Shown here: positions 13,933-31,046 of the stretch, in pieces
Position numbering within the stretch: the first letter of the stretch is position 1
Layout: each line of letters starts with the position of its first letter
Source: Octopus vulgaris
Taxonomy: Eukaryota
NCBI GenBank assembly: GCA_951406725.2
Contig: OX597820.1
Span: 69,378,001 to 69,442,000 of the forward strand
Direction of reading: 5' to 3'
Length of the DNA stretch: 64,000 nt
The notes under the pieces: model-generated
Seen by the model: only the letters and a program-made list of their open reading frames with translations
Told to the model about the DNA's origin: nothing
The model's database searches: none
Made by a program: the position numbers and the translations under genes

Positions 13933-15059
13933 ATATATATATATATATGCCTCTTATTGTACTACTTTTCCTACCACTCTCTTTATACTTTTGCACCTCT
14001 TTGTCGTCTCCTTCCCATCTTTACCTCTCACTCTCACTGTTTTTTTCAGTATTACTATTTTCATTACAATTTCTTGATTTCTGTTTTGTAAGAAAACGCT
14101 GAAAATCTTTTCCTTATACATGTAACATCTGAAATAGATGTCACTATTTTTCTTGACAGCAAAGTCGCTTTTGTGCTTTCAGTGTATATAATAATGACAA
14201 TGAAATGTTTCTAGGCGACATTCTTATAGGTAGGCAGGTGACTTTATTAGTGAACGTTGTCTGTGTGTGTGTGTATGTATGTGTGTGTATTGAAAAGATC
14301 TTTGTTTTAAAAGCTGATACTGCTAACGCTTATATATTCTTGGATAATGCCAGACATAAACTATAAACGAATGACTCGTGTATACATGTGTGTCAATTCA
14401 TAGGTTTGTGTATTTATGTATGTACACACAAATATGCCACACGTACACATGCAAAGCAAACGTGTCCGTTTAAACACACTGGAACATACACACACATACT
14501 CTCTCCCTCACTCACTCTCCACTCGTTAGTATATTTATCGTATTAAAGTCGTATTACTGCTTTACCTGTTGAGTCTCAGTGAAATATATTTCGCTGAGAT
14601 ATTTCGCTGACTTGGGCTAAATGCTTAGACTCCTGTACGTCTGTCTATCTACATATACTGGCAATAATAGCTATATACGTCTTGCAGAATCGAATAAGCC
14701 TGTAATCAGTATAGAAAGATGTGGAAAATATATATTAAGTCGTATTCATGAAATCTTGTGCTAGATTATTTCACCTAGATTTAATGCTAGGAAATACTAA
14801 AGTTGGATATCAAGGACGTAGTGACAATCTGTATATATATGTATTTATATCTGCTTTATATATGTTTGTGTGTAGTATGCATGTCAGTTTGTCGTTTATT
14901 GTACACATTACCTCCATACGACAATATAACGAAGACGTTGGTAGCACTCTTAGTTAAAACAAATTTCAGCTGGAAAGAGACACCGGTCGTGAAAGCTGGT
15001 GTATGAAATGGCTTACATCATGCTCAAAACTCATGCACACCGCTCTCGTGCACGCCCCA

Positions 15060-15093
<34 letters not shown>

Positions 15094-15239
15094 CATGAGG
15101 ATTTCCTTCCTATTATGGTCACTAAGTTTACTCAAAATGAGAGGTCTAATATGTCATATCATCTTTTGAACTCGAAAATAGATGATACGTACAATCTACG
15201 TCTGAAACTGAACTACTACTACAACTACAACAACAACTG

Positions 15240-15306
<67 letters not shown>

Positions 15307-16017
15307 AGCAGTCTACGAAGTGGGGAAACCCTTCTGTCGAGCGATAATAGAGAATTTCACCGAGGATTTCCCGGAAGCGATTGTTGCTGAAGATTATGGA
15401 CAATTTCCAACAGTGCTTCCTTTATAATATTTATAGGTGTGGCTGTGTAGAACCCTCGTTAGTCTAACTTCTATTGGCATAGTTACAGGGTAAGTATAAC
15501 GGCCGCTAGTAGTCGTCATTGCTGGTAGTCGTTTTGTGGCTTTATGCATAACAGCTGATCGTGCGTCCGGTATGGAATCCAGTTAACGGCTAGGATATCG
15601 TGAAAATAGCTCCATCAGTTTATTTTGGCAATAAACAACGAACAACCAATCTGTGTTTTATAGTTATGTCGAAGGAAATTGCGAGATATGCGCGATTAAA
15701 AGGTTGGAGTTTAAAGAGATTTTTTCTCTCAAGCCAAGACATCGAGTTCTTGAATAAACATATGAACAAGAATGCAGAGCTTTTGTTATTGCTGTCGTTG
15801 TTATTGGGTGACTGGAAGAAACATCAGAACATCAAAAAATGCATTGCAACACTTATTCTGGTTCCTTAAGTTATGAGCCGAAAGCAAGCAAACCGAAATC
15901 AGCTTTGACTTTCTTCTATCCGAATTCGATAAAATAGTGTACCGGTCAAATAATGGGGCCGATAGTATCGAGAAACTTCATCCTATAAAGTTCCAGGCCT
16001 TGCGCTTATTCTAGTAA

Positions 16018-16088
<71 letters not shown>

Positions 16089-16284
16089 GTTGTAGTAGTA
16101 GTAGTAGTAGTAGAAGCAGCAGCAGCAGTAATAGTAATAGCAGCAGCAGTAGTAGTAATATTAGTAGCAGCAGCAACAGCCGTAGTAGTAGTATTAGTAT
16201 ATACATATATATACATACATACATACACACACACACGCGCGCGCGCGCGCGCGCACACACACCGACACACAGACACACACACAC

Positions 16285-16335
<51 letters not shown>

Positions 16336-17157
16336 TAGATAGATAGATAGATATCATGCAGATCAAACACCCTCCCCACCTCCACCACCACCACCAATAT
16401 CTACTACTACTACTACTACCACCCTTTTCATTGACCGTAACATTATCTCTCCTTTATATCATTACGATTCACTTAATAAGAGGATTCTTTATCCTTCTTT
16501 TTTATTTTGTGTTTTGTTTTTTTTTGTTTCTTTTCTGTCCCTTACTTATGACCAGACCTGACCAGAGAGATTCCACGCCTCACCCTTTCCACCTTTTGGC
16601 CAATGTTTCGTTCCTCCATCTTGCTTTCTTCTCTTCTGCACCCCTCCCTCCCTATCCTTCATACATACACCGAATCTCCGTTCTCTTCCCCCCCCGCCCC
16701 TTCCCCTCTTCATAGATCTTTCTGTTTTCTTCTTCATCTCACGGAGAATCCATTCTCGCCCTCGTCACCTTCCTTCGCCTCGTCTTCCCGCCACGTTTTA
16801 TACACGAATTATTCCCACCTTGGATGTGATTTTATTGGAACTAGCATTTTACCGACAACTTTTGCAATATACCCAATTTTGTGTTAACCTTTCCACCACC
16901 CCACCGTCCTGCAGCGCCACCAAACCGTCGTCTTGATTATCGCATCCCCGTTTGTAAAATGTGATTATCGTCATATTTCATTCTCTGTCAATTACTATCG
17001 AATTTATCTGCCCTATGACGCTATCTCCAAGAATAATTTTGATTGGTTCGGATAGTGGCGCGTAATAGGATATTTTGGTAATGGCACGGCCGAAACAGAA
17101 GAGACTCAACCGATATCTACAGCTGCAATTAACCACATACATATACGCACGTTTGTA

Positions 17158-17216
<59 letters not shown>

Positions 17217-17837
17217 ATGTATGTATGTATATATATATATATATATACATATATACATATATATATATATACATATATATATACATATATATATACATAT
17301 ATACATATATATTGTGTGTGTGTCTATACATAAATAGAGAGAGAGAGAGAGAGAGAGAGGGATACATGGATGGATGCATGTATCTATGCATGTATGTATG
17401 TATGCACATGCATAAGTTCGCACTTATGCATAAACCTATGTATGCGTGAATATTTTGCCTGTATGTGTATGTGTGTTTGGATTTGTGTGGATGTGTATGG
17501 ATATCTATGTATGTACCTACATATGCATCTATCTACGTGTTATGTGTGCATGCATGTATGTATTTCTCACTTTCAGAATCACCCTTGCAGGCAAATTGTT
17601 AATTGGCACGGCTTGAAATTAATGTTAATTTCAAGGACGTGCTGCGGATGTCATGGAAATCATCCTTTTATGATTGATAACCTTGACAGAAAAGCTTTTC
17701 CTTGTTCACACTTAAAATACACTTTGACCATGCCTTGTCTTCCATAAGTTTCATTTCAAATATGTTAAAATAAAATCTTCGTGAAGACTCCCTCTAAGAA
17801 TCTTATATCATTATTACCATTATTATTATTATTATTA

Positions 17838-17884
<47 letters not shown>

Positions 17885-19247
17885 GCTAGCAATAAAATAC
17901 ATTTATTTACGCATTCATTTGAATCAGCACTGATTTAAACATGGCGTACATGATTTTTAGGAACGACAAACATTAAAGTATAGTATTGTGAATATAGTAG
18001 TTTTACCTTACATTTATCTAATTCATGTTCAAATGTCTTTAAATATAAAAGAACATTAAAATGAAACATCGTTCATTTAATGTATTAGCTGTAACCTAAA
18101 TATTTCTAACTTGAATACTTGAATACTAGCAATTATGGACTTAAGGATGTAATAGAATATTATATTTTAACTGGCTAAATCCAACCATTATATTATATTA
18201 TATTTCCTGTTTCCCGTTTCACTCAACTAAATGTTTGTGCGTGTGTGCATGTGTGAAGAAATGCATATATGTAGCCATACGCGTTCCCACTTTGTTGGTT
18301 GTATATGTGTGTGGATGTGATGTTTTGTGCGTATGTGTGTGTGTGTGTGTGTGTGTGTGCGATTGAACAGACTCAGATAGAATCGCGTGAGGATCACCTG
18401 CCTCTGTAGATAATTCAACAAATTCACACACCCACGTATATATCACAAGTACATACGCCTTCACACATGTGTGTATATATTTGTGCATCCGTGCTTGTGT
18501 GAGTGTATCTATAAGTAACATAAAAATGAGAAATAGAACTTAATATATGACTATATAAAATTTCTGAATATTTTCATATGCGGAATTCTTAGTCTTTGAG
18601 ATGATTTACTAACTTTTCCGCTTACGCTAAATGTGTACGTATATAAGTCCTTATGTATTTGTGCGCGATGGTATGTCTCTGAAAGATATAAACCTCAGCG
18701 AGAAACACGCCGATAAGCCAAGAGCCGAGCAAAACTTCGTGAAATTCATTCCACCAGCGTTACGCCAGACACACCCTTGTCACCCACGTCACTAGAAATG
18801 CAATGAAGCAGTAATTAAACTTTAAAAAAAAAAAACAGAAGAAACCTCCGAACTTAGAACCAATGATGCTTATAATTCACAAAGTATATAATATATAAAA
18901 TAAAATCAAAAATTAAAAATACTATATAAACAAACATTCTGCCATATTTCTTAATTATAATCTGAAAATTTATTGATTTTAAAATTCCTGAATTCAAAGA
19001 TATCCATAGAGAAAATTTAAGTATACGCTTTCTTTATTCGGATATTATTGATGAATAGGTTTCTTAGAGTAAATTAACCTAAGATGTTGTTCATTTGTCT
19101 GATAGTGTAGGTTCCTTGGGAGGCGTTGCCACTGGCTTTTACAGCCTGAAGCTGGACCGATATCAAAAGCACATATGGACTATGCGTGCGTAGGTAACAA
19201 TAGTGATTTCGTGATTAATGTCCTTTATGTGTATGTGTATATATATG

Positions 19248-19291
<44 letters not shown>

Positions 19292-19814
19292 CACACACCA
19301 TACACCCACAAGCATATATATATACACACCACACACATACATATACAAACACATATACATAAATATATTTATATGAATACATAATACGCATAGATATATG
19401 TATATATTTACATATATAAATGTCCCTAAGCCATACAATTTGAGCGTATGCACATGCACACAGCAGCTTTTATGTATGTATGCATGTATGCATATATTTT
19501 TGTATGTATGTATTCAAGTATGCGCAAATTATGTGCTGTGTATTTGGAAACTGCAGATGTTAATATTTCTTATTACCTTCCTGACCTAAATTTCATACAA
19601 AAATGTTAGTTCAGTTAATATTTAATTAAATGCAATATTAACTCATATACCAATCAACGCCCAACCTTGCTTCTTCGGCATATTCTCTTGGTTAATTTTC
19701 ATTATTTCCAAATATTTGTTGACTCTATATTTCGATAACCTCACACTGAAAATATCTATAACAACTATATCTCTACGTTGTTGCATGTACTTCATGTACT
19801 GTTATTAATTATAA

Positions 19815-20065
19815 AGGTGCATGGCCTAAACTAGTGTCTAGTCAGTGGACTTAAGATCGTGAGGTTTTTGGGTTCGATCTATGGACCAGACCACGCGTTG
19901 TGACTTGAAAAATGTACATCTTTTCATTTAGTGGAAAGTGAGCGCCTGTGATCCTTGTTTGTGATTAATCGTGTAACAGACTAGCGTTCAATGCAGGAAA
20001 AATGTCTAGTACACTCATTCGTCTAAACACCTTGCAAAGCTGGGCATCATCCTAACTCAGCTTCC
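19815..20065 (+). mobile_element. Degenerate tRNA-derived SINE (family B-like)
   Basis: ggtgcatggcctaaactagtg...gggttcgatctatggaccagaccacgcgttgtgacttga; tail gtaacagactagcgttcaatgcagg resembles 2166-2195. Confidence 0.5.
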
Positions 20066-20158
20066 CATAGGTTTAAGGTAGATTGCTGTAAATTATAAAG
20101 TAAATACTTTTTCACAGGAGAAATTGAGAAGTAGATATATACACACACACCACGCACG

Positions 20159-20254
<96 letters not shown>

Positions 20255-20635
20255 AACACACACACACATATGGAGTGGGTGGAAATGCGTATATGTGCGT
20301 ATATATATATTTCTGTGTGTATGTATTTCGAATTTTCACTGATTTACCAAGTGATTTGATTGGAGAACCTGTTTTGAGAATGAAGAAATTACATCATAGA
20401 AAGGCCAGTTTCTACATTTTGAGACCTCATAGTTTTCAATTAATTTTAATTCCTTTCTTAACGACGGGAACTCGGTTACTGGAAGTTAGATTCACAAGAA
20501 TTATATTCACTAGAATTATATCAGGGATGAGGTTACAGCGGTACGACGAATATTTATTTTTTATGGTTGAAATAAAAAATGAAAAGTGGGTTTAACAAAT
20601 GTCCTCACAATTCAGGGAACGACGATGGGTCTCTC

Positions 20636-20732
<97 letters not shown>

Positions 20733-20859
20733 CTCTCCACTCGCAAACCTTTTGGTCGGCCCAAAGCCATAGTAGAAGGTACTTGCACAACGTGCCATGC
20801 ACTAAGACGGAACTTGCAACTATGTGGCTGGTAAGCAAGTTTCTTACCACAGACCCACG

Positions 20860-20952
<93 letters not shown>

Positions 20953-22092
20953 CAAATTATCATTAAAATGAAAAGTTACTCAATACTTTTATCTTGTGAA
21001 GTAGCTATTTTTTAGAAGAAACAGTGTGATAGTGGCATCGAAGTTTCATCCTGAAAGCGAGCTGGCAGTATCTCGGAAGTCACTCCCATACCTCACCTCT
21101 TCTTGCATATATATATATATATGTGTGTGTGTGTATAGAAGGAATCATACACTGCTGAACAAACGAATTCTGAGAACGAAATATAGACAGATAATCAGAA
21201 AGAGAAACAATAAGACAAGCAGACAGGCATGCAGAGAAAACGCATAGAGAGTTAGCTAGAAAGATAGATAGACTGAAAGATAGATGCATATATATATATA
21301 TACACACAAACACATACAGACAGAGACAGATAGAATATGTTTGCTTTCCCTGCTTCCTAAATCTTATTGAATATTGGTGGCGAAATATTAGCCACAATGG
21401 TGTATCAGTAAAATTAGCAGCTAGATCCAAGTTAATTGTAACTTCTGACCTGCCAACGGAAGTAATACCATTCAGTAAACTCTAGACGGAAGCCAATTTC
21501 ACCTCTCCATTAACATTCCAATTTGTGAAAGCTTTTATAATTAGAAATCGAAATTCATAACAACAACAACAACAATAGTAATAATAATAATGATATATAA
21601 ATAAATAAATAAATAAGATATAGAAAAGAAATAAATGGAACAAAATAAACTTTAATTTAAGATAACAAACATCATAAAATATAACTCATATATTAAAAGA
21701 AAAACATAAAACAACATACACTCAGAATATATCATCATCATCATTATCATCATCATAATAATAATCATCATAATAATCATCATCATAATTATCATCGTCG
21801 TCGTCATCATCATCATAATCATCATTGGTACTTATTTTATAGCTCCTTGAAATTTATTTTTCACGCTCAGATTTGTATGGAAAATAAAATAAATATATTT
21901 ATATAGCGACAAAAAAAAGCAACAACAACAAAAAAAAACTAAAAGATATATGCAGCATATTTCAAAAACATCTACATAACAACAATATGTATAACACAAC
22001 CACTGGCAACAACAAAACCAACCCACAGAAAGTAATGACATCTATATAAATACATATAGATATAGACACACAGACTGGTAGATAGATAGATA

Positions 22093-22136
<44 letters not shown>

Positions 22137-22254
22137 TATATATACATATATACACATATATTTGTCTATAATATATACATATAGAGATATGTATATTTCT
22201 ATCTCTACATTGTGACTGAGCCAGCAGTGGAATATGAGATACTTTAATACTTTC

Positions 22255-22329
<75 letters not shown>

Positions 22330-22545
22330 AAGTTCACGTGCTGATACCTTTGTTTCTTAAGTCAATTATATTCAGTGTTAGTGTTTGTTAGAATTTTTGT
22401 TGTTACTGTTACCATTTTCTCCCCCACCCGCTAGCTCTTCCCCCACTGCCATTTTCTTGTAATTCACCTTCTTCTTTTCATTTCATTCCTTCTCTCCGTC
22501 TCACCGTCTCTTTCATGCACATCACAGTAATTCCATTCATCTTCA

Positions 22546-23850
<1,305 letters not shown>

Positions 23851-24295
23851 ATGTTGTGATGAAGATGAAGGAGTCGTGAGTTATTGATGGAAGAAAGGGG
23901 AGGAACAGTGGGGGTTAATTAGCATGTTTCATCTGCACAAGTCATATTTTTTCCTCATTACTCAAACACACACACTCGCTCGCAGACAGTCACACACCTA
24001 AATACATACACATAATCATATATATACGCCTATATATGCTTAATAGATACTCATGTTGTTCTCAATACGTGAAAAAAAATGGTATTTTCCAATGAAAGTT
24101 ACTCATTAAAAAAATTAAAATTTAATTAGCGCTATGGCAACAAGGTTTATGTGATGAAAATAGAACGAAATTAAAGAATCTCGAAGCTCTAAGTCAAAAT
24201 AAATACATATATATTGAGGTGACTTGAGAATTAATCTGGAATATCTTAAGATTCGGCGGGTCGGGGTACATACTCTTGTATATGTTTGCATGTGC

Positions 24296-24337
<42 letters not shown>

Positions 24338-24487
24338 GTGTGTGTGTATATATATGTATGTATGCATATATACTAACTATGTATATATATATATAGGTAT
24401 GTATATATATATATATGTACACATACACACATTATATATATATATATATATATATACATATATGTGCATGTGTATATATATATATTA

Positions 24488-24537
<50 letters not shown>

Positions 24538-24961
24538 GTATGTGTGTGTGTGTGTGTAGACGCACACAAAATATTTAGCGATTTTCTGTTTTGTTTGTTT
24601 CCATGTATTTCATTTTGTTCTACGCACAGATGAAATAATGTCATCATAGCAAAAGAAAACAAAACACAAAAAAAAACAAAGAAAAATAACAATGAACGAA
24701 AGAAAGGAAAAGGAAGCTTCTTCCTCTGGAAACATAACAAACAGGCGATAAATAATAAGAAAATGGGATAATAGAAAACACACAATAAAATAAAAATCAT
24801 CTTTGAAGATGTATAAAACGGTTTGGTGCGAGTTTTCGAGTATGATTAATATTATTTGTCATGTTGTCGTTTGGCTCAGATTTGCACCGTGTTCTGTCTA
24901 AATAAACACTACCTTGGTGTTAGGTTAGAATATGATTAATACTGTGTAGATAACGCTAATG

Positions 24962-25007
<46 letters not shown>

Positions 25008-25286
25008 CATGTACATATGCATGTATATATATGTGTGTGTATGTTTGTAAGTATACATACAAAGATATTATAAATATATATATATAAACATATATGTCTC
25101 TTCTGTTTTAATCAGTTATATATGTAAGTAATATAAAAACACGCACAAAAACGCACACAAACACCTACACACACATACACACACACACACACATATTTAC
25201 ATGTAGTAGGTAATGAACACAAAACAGGAGAAAACCAGAAGGACGAAATTTAACAAAGGTGTTATTAGTTTAACGCTTAAGGAAGG

Positions 25287-25317
<31 letters not shown>

Positions 25318-25874
25318 CACGTACACACCCCCATTTATTTCACCGTATTTTTGTGTATGAATACGTGCGCTTGCGCCTGCTTATGTGTGTGTGTGAGTGT
25401 GTATGTGTGTGTGTGTGTATGTGTGCTCGTGATCAAATTAGCAAATCTATTAAGCTGAGACTCACGTAGAACAGATTTAAAAAATTACTTATTGAAATAT
25501 ATATAGAAAATCCTTCAAGAAAAAATGAAAAACAACTAATAAAAGAAATCTAGATAATTAATTAATTACTTTTCTAGTAAAATCTTATAACTTTCCGTTA
25601 AAATCTCATTTTCCTTTTTTAAATTACAAATAAAATTCAAAGAAGTAAATTTTAAAATATCAATAATTTAAAACTATAAAGTGAAATATAAAATGTGAAA
25701 TAAGAAGAAAAAACATACAGTTATGATTAAAAATGGAGTATTTTGAAAAGACGGCTATAAATTCACAGTTTTAGAATGTGAAATATTTATTTATACACAT
25801 AGTGTATTCCTGTTTTCATTGCTACAACAACCTCTTCCTTTTTCATAAATTTTATCCCATTACGTGAAAGGTAT

Positions 25875-26130
25875 TGTGCATCGTCTACTGACCAATCCGC
25901 TTTCGCCATCGGTCTCTAGTCGTCGCATTATCAATATCTTCTGTAAATTTTGTACTGCATATGACTGCGCTGTCATTGGCAAGAGTAATCTATCTTTGAC
26001 GAAGCTCTTTACGGTTTAAAGGGACAATCAAACTTTACTAAGTATGTCCACTCACAAACCAATGATGTTTTAACAAAAATAAGCATTAGTCTTATAAAGG
26101 AATTTAAGAGTAGATTCGCTTTATTCTCAA
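25875..26130 (+). pseudogene. Possible highly degenerate LINE 3' fragment
   Basis: Short translations TDQ...FRHRSLVVALSI resemble the L.HRR.V..LS.F motif downstream of LINE reverse transcriptases; frameshifted and weak. Confidence 0.2.
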
Positions 26131-28006
26131 TTATACAAACTCCGTTGGGCCAGAATTGGTCTTATTTTCTATGGTGTTTCAGTCACTGTGACAAGATTCC
26201 CCCCATCAGCTGGGCGTTTGATAGTTAAATGTATTGAAGCAAAGTGATTTGAAATGTAATGCTGATAGATAGGAATACACTGCCTGGCCTGAGAACTGAA
26301 CTCACGACCATAAGTTCGTGAGCTTAGATACTATATCACATGTTTTCGTGTGTGTGTGTGTGTGTGTGAGTGTGTAGTAACATCGAACCATTCCTACTTA
26401 CCCCCATAAGTAAATCAAATCAAAATGGAGTTCGAAATCTTTGTTTCTCTGTTGCTCATTCAGAGACACATACGACACGGTTGTATGCTTAGGTTCCTTT
26501 CGATATAGTTATCAGGTAATGTGTGTATAGGTTGAATCCACCAAATGTTACTTCAACGGGGAACCGATAAAGTAGCACACATCATCAATTGTCAATTGAC
26601 ATTTGTAGATACCAGTATTAATAAATACTCTAACACTGAAACTATGTGCTTTCTCTAAAAATGGGCTGAGACGAGGAATAGGTTCTATAAGGCTTAAAAT
26701 GCTGAAGCCACGCTGTATGTCAGGACCTACAACTTCATAAAAAGTTGAAGATCCAATGATGGAAGAAGGATATTTTAAAATGTCTAGTGAGAGCTCTGTC
26801 AGGGGATAGTTATTCATATATTTGCTTGAAGCTTGCAAGAGGAGTACGTAATTTCTCTGCTAGAGGGTTTATTAGCACTAATATCTGCAAGTGGCTATTC
26901 CATTAACCAGCGCTTAGTGAAAGAAATATCTGATAGATATATCCAACGGAATCAACTTATACTCACAATACTTATGACTACATCCAAAGCAGCGTCTATA
27001 TACAATACCTGGTAGCTATAACTAATGACTTCTATTGCCTATTGCATAATATTTGATCTCACTCTTATTGATATCAATTGTGATATTGTGATAGAGCAGC
27101 TGTAGCAACACATTTACAATGTCTATTATAAATTGACGCGTATCTTGCCGATGTCAACGTGCCATTGGTCATAATTGTAATCTGGTGAGGCCAAGATTCT
27201 TGGCTGAAGACTCGTGAGTTCTTATTCTGTCGTTAATAAAGTGGTATGCTTTAGGCAAAATACTGAATTCGTATAGCTTCACATACCAGGTATGCGGACA
27301 GCAGGAAAGAGAAGAGAGAAAGAGAGAAAGAGAGAAAGGGAGAGAGAGAAAGAGAGAGAGAGAGGGGAAGAGAGACAGACAGACAGACAAACAGATAGAC
27401 AGAAAGACAGACATATAGAAAGACAGACAGAAGGAGAGAGATAAACATATGGACAAGCAGACAGACAAGGAAAGACAATAGTGGAAGACGATAAAATAAC
27501 GAGACAATTTCCGTGAGCGCGTATGTTTATATATATAACCATAAGCTCAGTTAAGGAGATGTGGTAGGTACGAAATTATTTAATTCTGGTAGAAAGATAT
27601 AACTGAAAGAAACGCAACCAAAACCTCCACCATCAGCAACACCATCGCTACAAAACTCTGCTATCTAAGCTTTGCTTTAAATTAGTTATATGAGAGATAA
27701 GCGAAGAAATATACATTTTTTTCATACACCAAGTCCCAAGCACTCTTGGTATATCTGAATCAAAACAGTGGAAGTATTATATAAACAAGAAAATAATCTG
27801 ATCATTTTTGTTCACAATGGACGTCGTAGGGTGAAGTGAAGATATATTTGTCAACTATGAATGTAACAGATAAGATCAAGTTGTTGTTATTGTCATCGTT
27901 TCTTGACCCTTCAGACAAAGATCTGTTTTGTTTTATTATTTTTTTCTATTTATTTCTGTCCTGCTGAACAACAGACTGCAACTAGACATCTAGATTGCAC
28001 TTCTGA

Positions 28007-28068
<62 letters not shown>

Positions 28069-28073
28069 TTACT

Positions 28074-28160
28074 ACTACAATAATGATCACGATGATGATA
28101 ACATATCTCAACCAGTCTCTTAAATGAAAGGTTTTGCTTGTGATTAATAGAGAAATTATT
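28074..28160 (+). repeat. 87-bp dispersed duplicate of 1531-1617
   Basis: Same sequence as 1531-1617 with one substitution. Confidence 0.9.
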
Positions 28161-29365
28161 AATTCGTTCCAATTTTGTTTTCATCTTGAGGCTTTGGCAT
28201 ATCTTACTTCTTAATCTGTGCTCGCTATTCCTGTTGTTATCGGACCAGACACACACAGCGAAAAAAATAGGAGAGAGAAAGAGAGGAGGGAGAGAGGGAG
28301 AGAGGGAGAAAGAGAAAGACAGTCCACTTCTGTCATTCTGTGTTCGGTGACAGAAATCGCCAATTGTAAAATTTAATCCTTGAACATACTCAAACATTCT
28401 CAATAAGTATTTTGCCTTCAATAGCTGCTTTTTTTCAGTTTTACACTTCGTTCCGGATTGTTTAAATAAGTTTTTATTTAAGATTTTACTTTAGCTGATC
28501 ACCTTCATTCATTACTTTTATCATCATCATTATCATCTGAAGCAAAGGTTTTGCTGTCGAATGCAATCCATTATTATTAGTTGTATTTTTCCCACCCAAC
28601 ATATTTTATTTCACAATAGTTGGCGAATACCTTCTTTATGGAAGTGCGTTTAGTTACCAGTTAAAATCGTATTAGTAATGTATTGTAACCGCATTCCCAA
28701 ACCAGGCACTTTAGCAGTAAGGTATTGTTAGCGCCAAGAAGTGGAAAGTTTGTCCTAGCAAAAGGAGAACAACGTACAATGTAGAGGCCGTTTAATCTTC
28801 ACTTTTATCATTGTGACAATTGTTTAGAGTTATTTGGGATACACACGTTAGCTATTGACAGGAGACAGGAGAAAAACAGTGTGTTTTAATCGTTACTACA
28901 CTCTTCAGCAGGCGTCCTCTTTTTTTTTCTACTCTAAACAACTTAAAGGACAAAAGACAGACAACACCGAATACTTCGTTTTTTTTAAAATCTTTATTCT
29001 ATTTTTTCTTTTCCTTCTTTCTGTCGGTTTTTCTCCTTTTCTTCTTTCGTTCTTTCTTCACTATATATATATAAAAACAAAATACAAGTGTATGGCAGGG
29101 ACAAGGCTATAATCTTTTTAATCTCTTAATGTTTGCCTCAGAAATGAAAACTAATTTGGCCCATCACGGGATACTTGTGTACTTCGAATTATTCTATCAA
29201 TTCAGAAACATTCTAGCTTGCTTTTGTATTGCTTTCTGTTAACCTGCCGCTTAATATACTTCCTTACCATCGTGAGCCTCTGATACGGTATTTATTTCCG
29301 TGTTATGCTGTGTTACTTATAAGAGAAAAACCTGCAGGGATAGCACGGGTAGGGGTGTATTTAGA

Positions 29366-29443
<78 letters not shown>

Positions 29444-30189
29444 CAGCAGCAGCAGCAGCAGCAGTAGTATTATAGTTATTGTTTAACTGTTCAAGTAGAC
29501 AAATGGCGAAAGACATTCTATCCATGACAATCCTTTTCTTTCATTTACTCAAGATTTCGTTTTAAATAGTCACGACATAATTTTATGCAACCAGAATTAC
29601 CAGTACATCGTTAGCTTTGTTTTTAAGATCGTAAGAAGGGAGATCTGACTGCTTCCCATACAACTTTAAGCAACGGTACTTGGCTCGTCGACGATATATA
29701 ATTATTGGGTTGTTACTGTTGTTGTTGTTGTTGTTGTTGCTAAGATAATTTTTAAACGCAATCACTTCTGGTCGACAGACATGGATAGGATCACTGCTAT
29801 TCCGAGCATAAAACTCATCTTTTTTAGGGGTATACAGAAGGAAATTATTTGATGTGTTCTTCCCTGTTTCTTCTCTTTTTCTTTTAAAGACGTATGCAAG
29901 GAAATTGGGGGATGTTTAGTTTTTATTTGTAGCCGGACGAACGAACGCCAGAGAAGGGTCGCTTGTTGACACGTGATAACATCAATAGGGACAACAAAGA
30001 TGCTGGTTATTATGGTGATGATAAGCAGTTTCATATGACTCCTGTTCTAAAAAGTTTTGAGATAAGGTTTCTATCCAACAAGAAAGCCTTTATGTAGTCG
30101 GTCGACTAAGCTAGAAATGACAGCTAAATATTCCACAACTTAATTCTAGTGTCTAAAAATCGCGAGAGTGGTTATGATAGTAAGCACTA

Positions 30190-30320
30190 TATCCCATAGG
30201 TTTACTCGATTAGGACCCATTTGGGGTGACAAATTCAAATCGGGGCTATAGTAACAGACACCTGCCCAAGGTACCTCACCCTGGCGACTAAAACCATCTG
30301 CTTGCAAGGCGAAATTTTGA
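30190..30320 (-). mobile_element. SINE family A-like diverged fragment
   Basis: ggggctatagtaacagacacctgcccaaggtacctcac is the reverse complement of the gcaccttgggcaagtgtcttctactatagcc core. Confidence 0.55.
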
Positions 30321-30751
30321 TGATAGGACAGCCTGATCAAAACTGACCCGGGGCTAAACAACAACAACTTCAGTAACAGAAATAGAACTAAAATAGATAT
30401 ATTAGTGACTGACTTGATTCTGTGGTGTATGTGTTAGCGGCTTTGCATTTACTAATGATATTTCATGGCTGGATGCCGCTACTCAATCATTTCTTGTAAA
30501 TTGTAGCAAATCTGACATGGTTAGAACAGTAATAAAGAGACCTTTGATGAAGTAATATATGAGTAATTCTTTCAGACAACTGTAATGAAAGATGGGGACG
30601 AGCCGAAATATCTGTTAACAATGATGGCGGTAACACCACCAACATCAATGCCACTGTAGTGTTTCTTTTATACGGAGACATAAACTATATATATATATAT
30701 AACTCTACACACAAATGTAGAATATATATATGTATATGTATCTATGTATGT

Positions 30752-30817
<66 letters not shown>

Positions 30818-30965
30818 GTATATGCATATGTAACACGTACGCATATGTTCCAAACGTATTTTCGCGTGTGTATATGCATATACAACCGTAAGTACAAACA
30901 TGTATACATATACTTGTCTGTCTCTACACTTGCACTTTATCTATCTATCTATCTATCAGTCTATA

Positions 30966-31046
<81 letters not shown>

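Noticed and set aside
30517-30556. Alternative AP-2 linker exon (MVRTVIKRPLMK)
   Set aside because: Only TVIK matches; no VED motif, no phase-1 donor after the basic residues and no acceptor. 40505-40565 fits much better.
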